Assembly (NCBI GenBank): GCA_000146045.2
Contig: BK006936.2
Coordinates: 416,001 to 480,000 of the forward strand
Length of the DNA: 64,000 nt
Direction: 5' to 3'
DNA from: TPA_inf: Saccharomyces
Taxonomy: Eukaryota
This document shows, one piece after another, positions 42,872 to 53,747 of this stretch. Numbering within the stretch: the first letter of the stretch is position 1; every line of letters begins with the position of its first letter. The position numbers and the translations under genes are program-made. The notes beneath the pieces were generated by a model, which worked only from the letters and a program-made list of their open reading frames with translations, did not search any database and was not told the origin of the DNA.

Positions 42872-44221
42872 ATGTTTTTGGAAATTCCTCGGTGGTTACT
42901 TGCCTTAATAATATTATACCTTTCCATACCGTTAGTGGTTTATTATGTTATACCCTACTTGTTTTATGGCAACAAGTCGACCAAAAAAAGGATCATCATA
43001 TTTGTGCTGGGTGATGTAGGACACTCTCCAAGGATATGCTATCACGCTATAAGTTTCAGTAAGTTAGGTTGGCAAGTCGAGCTATGCGGTTATGTGGAGG
43101 ACACTCTACCCAAAATTATTTCCAGTGATCCAAATATCACCGTCCATCATATGTCAAACTTGAAAAGAAAGGGAGGCGGAACATCAGTTATATTTATGGT
43201 AAAGAAGGTGCTTTTTCAAGTTTTAAGTATTTTCAAATTACTTTGGGAATTGAGAGGAAGCGATTACATACTAGTTCAAAATCCACCGAGCATACCCATT
43301 CTTCCGATTGCTGTGCTATACAAGTTGACCGGTTGTAAACTAATTATTGATTGGCACAATCTAGCATATTCGATATTGCAACTAAAATTTAAAGGAAACT
43401 TTTACCATCCTTTAGTGTTGATATCTTACATGGTAGAGATGATATTCAGCAAATTTGCTGATTATAACTTGACTGTTACTGAAGCAATGAGGAAATATTT
43501 AATTCAAAGCTTTCACTTGAATCCAAAGAGATGTGCTGTTCTCTACGACCGCCCGGCTTCCCAATTTCAACCTTTGGCAGGTGACATTTCTCGTCAAAAA
43601 GCCCTAACTACCAAAGCCTTTATAAAGAATTATATTCGCGATGATTTTGATACAGAAAAAGGCGATAAAATTATTGTGACTTCAACATCATTCACCCCTG
43701 ATGAAGATATTGGTATTTTATTAGGTGCCCTAAAGATTTACGAAAACTCTTATGTCAAATTTGATTCAAGTTTGCCTAAGATCTTGTGTTTTATAACGGG
43801 TAAAGGACCACTAAAGGAGAAATATATGAAGCAAGTAGAAGAATATGACTGGAAGCGCTGTCAAATCGAATTTGTGTGGTTGTCAGCAGAGGATTACCCA
43901 AAGTTATTACAATTATGCGATTACGGAGTTTCCCTGCATACTTCAAGTTCAGGGTTGGACCTGCCAATGAAAATTTTAGATATGTTTGGCTCAGGTCTTC
44001 CTGTTATTGCAATGAACTATCCAGTGCTTGACGAATTAGTACAACACAATGTAAATGGGTTAAAATTTGTTGATAGAAGGGAGCTTCATGAATCTCTGAT
44101 TTTTGCTATGAAAGATGCTGATTTATACCAAAAATTGAAGAAAAATGTAACGCAGGAAGCTGAGAACAGATGGCAATCAAATTGGGAACGAACAATGAGA
44201 GATTTGAAGCTAATTCATTGA
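42872..44221 (+). CDS. ALG1: Chitobiosyldiphosphodolichol beta-1,4-mannosyltransferase (GT1/GT33), 449 aa
   Basis: The supplied ORF starts at a TTG (42863). The first ATG is at 42872 (MFLEIPRWLLALIILY), which gives an N-terminal signal anchor. A glycosyltransferase group-1 C-terminus follows. Confidence 0.88.
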   Translation: MFLEIPRWLLALIILYLSIPLVVYYVIPYLFYGNKSTKKRIIIFVLGDVGHSPRICYHAISFSKLGWQVELCGYVEDTLPKIISSDPNITVHHMSNLKRKGGGTSVIFMVKKVLFQVLSIFKLLWELRGSDYILVQNPPSIPILPIAVLYKLTGCKLIIDWHNLAYSILQLKFKGNFYHPLVLISYMVEMIFSKFADYNLTVTEAMRKYLIQSFHLNPKRCAVLYDRPASQFQPLAGDISRQKALTTKAFIKNYIRDDFDTEKGDKIIVTSTSFTPDEDIGILLGALKIYENSYVKFDSSLPKILCFITGKGPLKEKYMKQVEEYDWKRCQIEFVWLSAEDYPKLLQLCDYGVSLHTSSSGLDLPMKILDMFGSGLPVIAMNYPVLDELVQHNVNGLKFVDRRELHESLIFAMKDADLYQKLKKNVTQEAENRWQSNWERTMRDLKLIH

Positions 44222-45177
44222 GTCAATGGTAACTCAGCCTTTCTTTTTTGAAAATTACTATTTTCGACTCTTTTTTTATACAGTTACATAGTACTACCTC
44301 TAATACACATTCATGATTAACAATGTTTCAAACAATATAAAGTCCCGATAACGACCTTTTGAAGTGGTGACGTTACCGCTCTTCGTTGACAAGATTCAAG
44401 AGGGCTGTCAGAATAACAGCTATCATGGTGGAAAGTAGGTGACCCTTTGAACAAGGCAGCATATATCCATCGACTATCATGTTCCTAAAATGTTATCATA
44501 GCCGGCGTTAGAAGATGGCGCATATTATTATTTTATTAGAATGAGTTATAACAGTCATCAAACTTAGCGAAAGCCGAAGTGTAAGAACTAAAAAGTCCAC
44601 TATAAAAAAATGAATCACAGCGTACAAAAGGAAATAACGATAACTGTGATGCTATGTAAAACTATCGTCTTTCCTTTGTTGATAAATATATCCTCAAGGA
44701 CTACTTCTTTTATATTTCTTGTAGGTGATGTTGTGCCCTCATCGTTAATTTGAATCCCAGCAATTATCAGACAGTTCTGCCGCCCTTCGGCAATGTCCAA
44801 GCTGTAGCCAAATACTTAAATCAAGGAACACTAACCATGTATGACATACAAGGAGCACTACCACTGATTTCAACAGATATTAATGGTAGTTTTTTGCAGA
44901 ATCGTAAGGTAGATCAGTGGAAATAGTAGAAAAGGGCTAGTTTAGATTCAAAATTTGGTAACACGTAACGTCGCGCTTTGGAAAATATACCTCAATGCTG
45001 ACTACTTAAGATGGCAAATAGCCTTGTCAAATTTCCTACGGAATGTTATTTTCATTACGTCCTTCTTTTTCAATGTACTTATTCATAAATGGGACACTAT
45101 CTTGTTGCAAAAGGTACTTTGTATTTTGGTATTAACATCTCGCCTATTTTTCATACAGAAACACTACTTATCGCTAT

Positions 45178-45873
45178 CTATTTGATGTGGTATTGCTTGG
45201 CCATGAGGATACCTTGAGCTACGTTTTGAACACGTGCATCCAACTTGTAGCCTTGTTGATCCAACTTAACCATTTCATCAGGAAACTTGTGCAACTCAAC
45301 GCTAAAGCATTCGATAAATTCATTATCTTCCAATTGAGTAACTGGTTTTTGGTTTTCAGGTAAACTCATATCAACTTCGACAGTAACCAGACAGAGGTTG
45401 GTGTTTGTGAAACCAGGATCGTTAAAAACTGTTGGGCTTTTAGAAATTATTTTACCACTGTAACCAGTCTCTTCTTTTAATTCTCTTAAGGCAGCAGTGT
45501 CAATATCTTCACCCGCATCTATCAAACCGGCTGGCATCTCAATGCATACGCCCTCAACGGGAGGGCGAAACTGCTTTTGTAGCAAAATTTCATCAGGTTT
45601 TCCATCTTTGTATTTTAGAATGGTTAAGATACCAATGCCGTCTACACCACCGGAACTTCTAGTGGTGCGGACTGCGCTATCCCATTCCCTTTCCTTCCCG
45701 TTGGGATCTTTGTAGATGATTTTTTGTAAACCGATCCACTTGCAGTCAGATGTTTCTTTAACGTGACGGGCTTCAATTATTTTAGCATCTTCTGGTTTAC
45801 CCTTGACGGTGCTCATAGTTCTAAATAGTCTCCTTGAATTGAGGGAAATAACTCTTACGTTTCTCAAAAACAT
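45178..45873 (-). CDS. YSA1: Nudix hydrolase, ADP-ribose pyrophosphatase (231 aa)
   Basis: The Nudix box is GLIDAGEDIDTAALRELKEETGY. Confidence 0.88.
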   Translation of the reverse strand: MFLRNVRVISLNSRRLFRTMSTVKGKPEDAKIIEARHVKETSDCKWIGLQKIIYKDPNGKEREWDSAVRTTRSSGGVDGIGILTILKYKDGKPDEILLQKQFRPPVEGVCIEMPAGLIDAGEDIDTAALRELKEETGYSGKIISKSPTVFNDPGFTNTNLCLVTVEVDMSLPENQKPVTQLEDNEFIECFSVELHKFPDEMVKLDQQGYKLDARVQNVAQGILMAKQYHIK

Positions 45874-46138
45874 CTAAGTATGAGAAGGAAGGAAAATGCC
45901 GAAAGAATAATCATAAAAGCATATATACGTGATTCATATGAAGGCTGTCTGACGTTGTATTAAACCGCTAACGGCCGTACTTGCCATCCCTTACGGAAGT
46001 GTATTCGCTTGCCGGACCTCTTCCTCCATGAAGACCAAAATGAGGAATTATGAAAAATAAAAAATGAAAATTGCCATAGGCATGGCTTGACCAACACATG
46101 CGACAAAATCAGAAGTAACAATTCTGGCCTTCACTCCA

Positions 46139-46578
46139 ATGACTATGGATACTGCGCAATTAAAGAGTCAAATACAACAATATCTTGTAGAATCAGGAAA
46201 CTATGAACTGTATGATAAAATATTATAGGGGTTGTCTTTTTTAAAAAATCTACTTTACTGACTATTCAGATCACCGTCACATTTATTAGAATTTCAAACG
46301 AACTAAAAGCCAGACTACTTCAAGAAGGTTGGGTGGATAAAGTCAAAGATTTGACCAAATCAGAGATGAACATAAATGAATCTACGAACTTTACCCAAAT
46401 TTTATCCACCGTAGAACCCAAAGCATTAGGTATGTGAATATTTTATCACTAAATTTATTGAAAAGAGAACGTTACTAACAGTGGAATTTTTTTTTCTAGA
46501 AATGGTATCGGATTCAACAAGGGAAACCGTTTTAAAGCAAATAAGGGAATTTCTTGAAGAGATTGTAGATACACAATG
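46139..46578 (+). CDS. SUS1: SAGA DUB module / TREX-2 subunit, 96 aa, three exons: join(46139..46209,46290..46429,46500..46578)
   Basis: Exon 1 encodes MTMDTAQLKSQIQQYLVESGNYEL. Intron 1 runs 46210..46289 (80 nt) with a non-canonical 5' splice site GTATGA and branchpoint TACTGAC. Exon 2 is 140 nt. Intron 2 runs 46430..46499 (70 nt) with GTATGT, TACTAAC and CTAG. Exon 3 ends at the TGA at 46576..46578. The reading frame is continuous across both junctions. Confidence 0.85.
46210..46289 (+). other. SUS1 intron 1 (80 nt) with non-consensus 5' splice site GUAUGA and branchpoint UACUGAC (46256..46262)
   Basis: Read directly from the sequence. The frame is restored only with this intron. Confidence 0.8.
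46430..46499 (+). other. SUS1 intron 2 (70 nt), consensus GTATGT / TACTAAC (46473..46479) / TAG
   Basis: Read directly from the sequence. Confidence 0.8.
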
Positions 46579-46869
46579 AAGGATACGAAAATGCACCTTA
46601 ATTCCCAATATTATTACATATGCTCATCGGGAAAACCTTTTAAGCAATAATAGATTTTAAGTATGTAATGATACAAATAATAATATATTTATATACGCAT
46701 ATATTTACATGTGCATATATGAAAAATAACCTAATTCACGTTACCCACCTTTTTTTTTAGCCTTTTCTTTATTTATATATGTATCCACAACATAATGAAT
46801 GAATTGTGAGCTACACAACATTTCTCGTTGATTATAAATTAGTAGATTAATTTTTTGAATGCAAACTTT

Positions 46870-48019
46870 TTAGTCGTCGTAGTTTTCATCTTCTTCCACT
46901 TGCCTTACTACATTTTCTCTTGGAAGTGTGTTCTCCTGTGGGGATTTTTCTTGAGATGTTTGCTCTTCCTCACGCATTTTGGCCTCCTCTTTCACTGTTT
47001 CCATTGTTTCCAAAGTAGGTTTGATTACAGTTATCGTTGTAGCAGCGGTTTCATCTTGTTGTTTTTCAGCATCTCTGGAAGCTGCTGGCTCCGCCTCTTC
47101 AGTAGAAGGTGCAGATGCTTCAGTTGTGCCGTTTTCCTCTTTAGAATGCTGTCTTACTTCGTCTTCTACAGGGCTTGCTTCTGCAGGAACAGTAGCAGTA
47201 GAAAGTTCTATGGTCTCAGCAGTGCTTTGGTCATTTGCTTTTGTTGTTGAACTTTCTGATGATACAGTTGGTTGGACACTAGATGACTCTGGTTCCGTAT
47301 TAAGCGGTTTTGTAGAAGGAGAAACAGAAGCTGCTTTGGTAGCTTCTTCAGCAGGACTAGCTTCCTGTGGAGGTTCCTGTGCGCCAATTACTGAAGGTAT
47401 TGAGTTTGCTTTTACAGGTTTTTCTTCTTGTGAAGTATTATTGGTATTAGACTCCACTACTGCTGGCGATTGGTTGCTCACCTCAGATTTTGCATTTTCT
47501 TCAATGGAAGTAGCAGTATTTACTAATTTGTTGATGTTTGAATTTGGAGAGTTCAACTTTTGCTTCTTTACCTGTGGTTCAGCGTTCGTTATTCCTGTTG
47601 CGGGAGCTTGCGTTGGAATGGCATGGGTTGGTTGACGAGGAGACTTTGTGTTATTCTCTGTGTGGGTGCTACTGGATACGGCGGCATCTACTAAAGTGTG
47701 GATTGCACCTTCCATGTATCTCTTTTGAGGTAAAACGTTCTGTTCCACGTTATGCTGGATTAAAGGTTGGGGAGCTTGGGCTTGAGGCTGGCCTTGAAGT
47801 TGTTGTGGATGTTGAACAGATTGTAGTTGTTGCTGTTGAGGTGGCAGTTGAGAGCTTTGCGGATGTTCCATAGCTTGTGTAGAAAATGGTTGCAGTTGGT
47901 GAGCTTGTATGACTGTTGGCTGTGTGATATATGGTTGCCCTTGTTGAGGATTTAACATTTGCACAGAAACTCCCTTTTGCTGCAGCTGTTGTCTTGGTAG
48001 GGGCTGTAATTGCTGCTGC

Positions 48020-48080
<61 letters not shown>

Positions 48081-49680
48081 GCTGTTGTTGTTGTTGTTGT
48101 TGTGCCTGCGCCTGTGCTTGTGCTTGTGCCTGTGCTTGTGCTTGTGCTTGCGCTTGTGCATGTGCTTGTGCTTGTGCTTGTGCCTGTGCTTGCGCCTGTG
48201 CTTGTGCTTGTGCTTGCGCTTGTGCTTGTGCTTGTGCTTGAGCTTGTGCTTGTGCTTGAGCTTGTGCTTGAGCTTGAGCTTGAGCTTGAGCTTGTAATTG
48301 AGGGGAAGCTCCATTACTGTACATTGTTGCAGAAGAGTTAATAGGCGTTTGTTGAGCAGGATGCTGTTGTTGTACCATTGAAGCAGTAGCATTGGCAGAT
48401 TGGGCTGAAATTCTAGTGTTCAAAGGATTTCCTTGATCATTAGGTTGTAAGGTAGGTTGTAAAATCACAGGAGGTGGGGCAGGAGAGGCATTCGTTGGCG
48501 CACCGTTCGATTTGTTTATATTGCCTGGGTTTTCTAACTGCTTTGTTAAAGCTTCTAATCTTTCTCTTATGTGAACATTATTTACGTCCAGTCTTGCAGC
48601 TTGCTTATACGCATCAAGGGCGTCAGATAATTGGTTGTTACAAGTTTCGTAAAGAGTACCTAGATCGTACCAAACTTCACTAATATAAGGATTTAATCTT
48701 ATGGCTCTTGTGTACGCGTCTAAGGCGTCTCTGTATTGAGAAATTTGGTAATATAAAACACCGATTGAGCACCAAAAGATAGGGTTTCTTGAATCTCTAT
48801 TAACAGCTTGTTGGAAAGCATCATATGCGGCAGTATAATCTGTTCTAATCATATGCACTCTACCGAGATGGTACCATGTAGTGGCATCGGAGGGATCTGC
48901 TTCTAACGACTTTAGAAGATAATCCAATGCCTTTTGAGGGTCATAAAATTGTACGTTACTCATACCGTAAAGACAACCTAATTGTTGTAATACTTTGGCA
49001 TGATGTTGATTTTGAGCCAAGACATGCTCGTAGGCTTCCTTCGCACCTTGCCACTCTCCCATACTCTCCAAAACACTACCCAACTGAAACCATATGTCCC
49101 ACTCCTGCAAGGGAGCAGGAGGTTGAGGGAGAATGTATCTGAAGCATTCCAAAGCTTGAGACCATTTACCCTGATGTTTATAAATAATACCTAGTCTGAA
49201 GTAAATTTCGTTTGCCTTTTCAAAATGAGGGTCCAATTCCAAAACTTTGGCAAAAGCTTCTTCGGCATAGTCGAGCGAACCATATCTGTCATAAAGAATG
49301 CCGATTCCATGCCATAATTTCGGTACGTTGGGATTACTGAGGTGGTAGAGAGCCTGTTGATAGGCATTGTAAGCTCTTTGCAGATCATCCAGCATCAGAT
49401 AACAATGACCTAAAGTAGCCCACACATCTGATAGTTCGGGATTTACCAAAAGTGCTCTTTCATATAATTCTGCAGCTCTTTGGAACATGTCTCTGGAACG
49501 GTACAAGTGAGCCAAAGATGTTAAAGCCTTTGCAGATGAGGGATTGAACTGTAAAGTGGCGTCATATGCCATTGCGGCCCTGTCGCCATCACCAAGGGTT
49601 TCTGCCAAAGAAGCAATGGAGAGCCAAGTTTCCGCAGTTGATTGTGTTAATGGGTCGAGTGGCTGCTGAGGAACTGCTGC

Positions 49681-49713
<33 letters not shown>

Positions 49714-49770
49714 TTGTTGTTGCTGTTGAGCGGGTTGTTCCATTATTGTTTGTTCACCGCCCGGATTCAT
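46870..49770 (-). CDS. CYC8: General transcriptional co-repressor (Tup1 partner), TPR-repeat protein with polyQ and poly(QA) tracts (966 aa)
   Basis: An N-terminal Q16 run precedes 10 TPR repeats. A (QA)n tract of about 32 repeats is followed by a Q30-plus run. The C-terminus is Ser/Thr/Pro-rich. Confidence 0.93.
48011..48294 (-). repeat. In-frame coding microsatellites inside CYC8: (CAA/CAG)n polyglutamine followed by (CAAGCT/CAGGCA)n poly(Gln-Ala)
   Basis: The plus strand shows about 90 nt of (TTG)n followed by about 190 nt of a (GCTTGT/GCCTGT)n dinucleotide-codon repeat. The poly-L, poly-C and HK-repeat ORFs reported on both strands here are frame artefacts of this repeat. Confidence 0.9.
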
Positions 49771-51247
49771 TTTTCCTAATTTTTTTTTTCCAGTCGTGTT
49801 TTGTTTGTTGTTGTTGCTGTTGTAGTTGTAGTACTAGTCTAAAGGCTTATAGCAGTGAAAAAGAAAAACAGAAATATGGGAAAAGAGGTAACGGGAATAC
49901 GCCTCTGGTTCAAAGACTAGTGACGTTGTCGTATTTGGCTTTGTTGATTCTAGTTCTCTCAATTGAACTCCTGACGTGGTTTGTAAAAAAACAGAGAACA
50001 GGAAACAAAAAACAAAAAGACAAAGAAAAAAATGCGCTTTTGCTTTGATAATCGGAAGGGAAAAGAACGACCGACCGAAGAAAAGAAAAATAAAATAAAT
50101 TTAAACAAACCTTGTTCGAGTTGGATAGGGGAAAAACGCCAAAAAAAGATGGAGTACAGTACGCGGGAGACCAGTGGCTAGCGACGGGAGTAGCAACGAT
50201 CGAGAAAGGAGTAGCGCAGAGAAAAGAAAGAAAATAGAGAGATAAAATAATTAGAGCCGATACGGCACCCGTGCGATACGAGACAGGACGGAACAGTCCG
50301 GTACGTGTGGTAAGTTTTACGAAACGAGAGGACACGGCATGACATGGCCCACGTTATAAGGCAATTTCCATTTTAGCATTGGCAAACGCACAAGCACAAA
50401 AAAGATGTGGAACAACCACTAAGAACGGAGTGTGCACGAAAAAAATAAGCTTTTCTCGTGCCCTGAGTGGTGCACAAAAGAAGAAAAGGGAAAAAAAAAG
50501 CGAACGAGGAGTGACGTGGACGCGATGAAGGTGACTCAGCCAATCCGGGTGAGCCGCACCCTTCGTCCTCAGTGACCTCTCACGTGCCCTGTATCAGCCA
50601 GCCACTGACAGTTTTGTTTTTGCCGCCCAGCTCAAAACTCAGATCGGATGTGCTTTAGTTTTTATCTTCGTTATGTGGATGTTTCATTAGCTTAAAGCAT
50701 AGGATACCGAGAAACCGTAACGGTTTCATGTTGACCGGTTTTTGAGTTTATGGTTTTAAAGTTCGTCAGTTGTTCCGACGCTTAGATTTTAAGGAGCTTG
50801 TCAAAATGCCTAAACCACAATCCTTACAGCACTCAAAATCAACAAAAAGTGAGAAGGTTTGAAAGTAGTACATCCCCTCTTCCCTTTGATTTTTAGCCGC
50901 CAAAACTACCAACCCACACAGCACAAAATGTGTTACTCCTCGAAAAAATCTGTTACCCTTTTCCCGCCATGGTTGCCAGGGAAACAGTGGGGACTTCTGC
51001 GTTGCTTCTATTTTTCCCCCCTCCTTCCTCCTGCGCCTCCGTTTCTTTTTCTTCCCTTTTCATTTCCCTTTTCTTTTTTTTTTCAAGTTTCGGATTAACG
51101 CTATAAAAAAAATGCACAGATAGGACCTTAAGGACTAATAAAACCGACAGTATAACGACGTAATGCTGCGTGGTGTTTTCAAACCTTAGTAGTTTTGGTA
51201 ATTTTAGATACTCTTGGCCGTATAACTGGTGTACCAACTGAAAAATC

Positions 51248-53620
51248 ATGCAAGAAGGGGGCTTTATCCGTAGAAGGCGTACGAGAAGTACGAAAAAAAG
51301 TGTTAATTATAATGAACTAAGCGATGACGATACAGCTGTGAAAAACTCAAAAACTCTGCAGCTGAAAGGGAACAGCGAAAACGTAAATGACAGCCAAGAT
51401 GAAGAATACCGTGATGATGCTACGCTCGTGAAATCACCCGACGACGATGACAAAGATTTTATCATAGACCTAACAGGTTCAGATAAAGAGCGGACCGCCA
51501 CCGATGAGAATACTCATGCGATCAAGAATGATAATGACGAGATAATAGAAATCAAGGAGGAACGTGATGTTTCGGATGACGACGAACCGTTAACAAAGAA
51601 AAGGAAGACAACTGCTAGGAAGAAGAAGAAAAAAACGAGCACCAAGAAAAAGTCACCGAAGGTAACCCCATATGAAAGAAACACTTTGCGATTATATGAG
51701 CATCATCCTGAACTAAGGAATGTTTTCACGGATTTGAAAAATGCACCTCCCTATGTCCCCCAAAGATCCAAGCAGCCGGATGGTATGACCATCAAACTGC
51801 TACCTTTCCAGTTAGAAGGTCTTCATTGGCTAATATCTCAAGAGGAGAGCATTTATGCGGGCGGTGTTTTGGCAGACGAAATGGGTATGGGTAAGACCAT
51901 CCAAACTATTGCCCTATTAATGAACGATTTGACTAAGTCTCCGTCTTTAGTTGTTGCCCCTACCGTGGCGCTGATGCAGTGGAAAAACGAAATAGAACAA
52001 CATACAAAGGGACAACTGAAAATATACATTTATCACGGTGCTTCCAGAACCACGGATATCAAAGATTTGCAAGGCTACGATGTTGTACTAACCACTTACG
52101 CAGTGCTGGAATCGGTATTCAGAAAGCAAAACTACGGGTTTAGAAGGAAAAATGGACTTTTCAAGCAGCCTTCCGTATTGCATAATATTGACTTTTATAG
52201 AGTTATTCTGGATGAGGCACACAATATCAAGGATAGACAAAGCAATACTGCTAGGGCTGTAAACAACTTAAAAACGCAAAAGCGATGGTGCCTGTCGGGT
52301 ACTCCGCTGCAAAATAGAATTGGTGAGATGTATTCTTTGATCAGATTCTTAAATATCAATCCTTTCACAAAGTACTTTTGTACCAAGTGTGATTGCGCTT
52401 CGAAGGACTGGAAATTTACGGATCGCATGCATTGTGACCATTGTAGTCACGTCATTATGCAACACACGAATTTCTTCAACCATTTCATGTTGAAGAACAT
52501 TCAGAAATTTGGTGTGGAAGGTCCTGGTTTAGAGTCTTTTAATAACATTCAGACATTATTGAAAAACATCATGCTGCGAAGAACTAAAGTGGAAAGAGCG
52601 GATGACTTGGGTCTACCGCCCAGAATTGTTACCGTGAGGAGAGACTTCTTCAATGAAGAGGAAAAAGATCTTTACAGAAGTTTATACACAGATTCTAAAA
52701 GGAAGTATAATTCCTTTGTTGAGGAGGGTGTTGTTCTAAACAATTATGCAAACATTTTCACCCTAATCACAAGAATGAGGCAACTGGCAGATCATCCTGA
52801 TTTAGTTTTGAAAAGATTAAACAATTTTCCTGGCGATGATATCGGCGTCGTGATCTGCCAATTATGTAACGATGAAGCTGAGGAGCCCATTGAATCTAAA
52901 TGTCACCATAAGTTCTGTCGTTTATGCATCAAAGAATATGTGGAATCTTTCATGGAAAACAACAATAAACTTACTTGTCCTGTTTGTCATATCGGGCTAA
53001 GTATCGATTTGTCTCAACCTGCTTTGGAAGTGGACCTTGATTCCTTCAAAAAGCAAAGTATTGTTAGCCGTCTAAACATGAGTGGCAAGTGGCAATCATC
53101 AACGAAAATCGAAGCACTTGTGGAAGAACTATACAAACTGAGAAGCAACAAGAGAACGATTAAATCCATTGTGTTTTCCCAGTTTACCAGTATGCTGGAT
53201 CTGGTAGAGTGGAGATTGAAAAGAGCTGGATTTCAAACAGTGAAGCTTCAGGGTAGTATGTCACCGACGCAAAGAGATGAAACCATCAAGTATTTCATGA
53301 ACAACATTCAATGCGAGGTTTTCTTGGTCAGTTTAAAGGCGGGCGGTGTTGCTTTGAATCTTTGTGAAGCTTCGCAAGTATTCATTTTAGACCCATGGTG
53401 GAACCCTAGTGTTGAATGGCAAAGTGGTGATAGAGTTCATAGAATTGGTCAGTATCGACCTGTGAAGATCACAAGGTTTTGCATTGAGGATAGTATAGAA
53501 GCAAGAATCATTGAATTACAGGAAAAAAAGGCAAATATGATTCATGCTACAATAAACCAAGATGAAGCTGCCATTAGCAGACTAACGCCAGCTGATTTAC
53601 AGTTCTTATTCAATAACTAA
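51248..53620 (+). CDS. RAD16: Nucleotide-excision-repair (GG-NER) SNF2-family ATPase with embedded C3HC4 RING finger (790 aa)
   Basis: SNF2 motifs include DEMGMGKT (Walker A) and DEAH. The RING is [11 protein letters not shown]...[10 protein letters not shown]...CPVC. A helicase C-terminal domain follows. Confidence 0.92.
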
Positions 53621-53747
53621 TATTTTATTCTCTTATTATATATTATTCTCGGAGTTTTTAAGTGACATCACCCGAAAAGAAGCTAAGTCTTTCTCCTAAT
53701 TCATATTTAATTATTGTACATGGACATATCATACGTAATGCTCAACC

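Noticed and set aside
44230-45177. Candidate gene in the 950-bp ALG1-YSA1 gap (small ORFs at 44615-44800 and 44955-45185)
   Set aside because: Only ORFs of 61-76 aa with no features are present. The region is better explained as the convergent 3' regions and terminators of ALG1 and YSA1.
47931-48392. Poly-Val, poly-Leu/Cys and HK-repeat ORFs on both strands within the CYC8 repeat
   Set aside because: They are alternative-frame readings of the (CAA)n and (CAAGCT)n coding microsatellite in CYC8.
49566-50048. 160-aa plus-strand ORF overlapping the CYC8 5' end (YBR113W-like), and a 141-aa minus-strand ORF at 49910-50335
   Set aside because: They are products of the (CAA)n repeat and the purine-rich promoter DNA. 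Their content is poly-C/poly-A/poly-V and low-complexity, with no coding signature.
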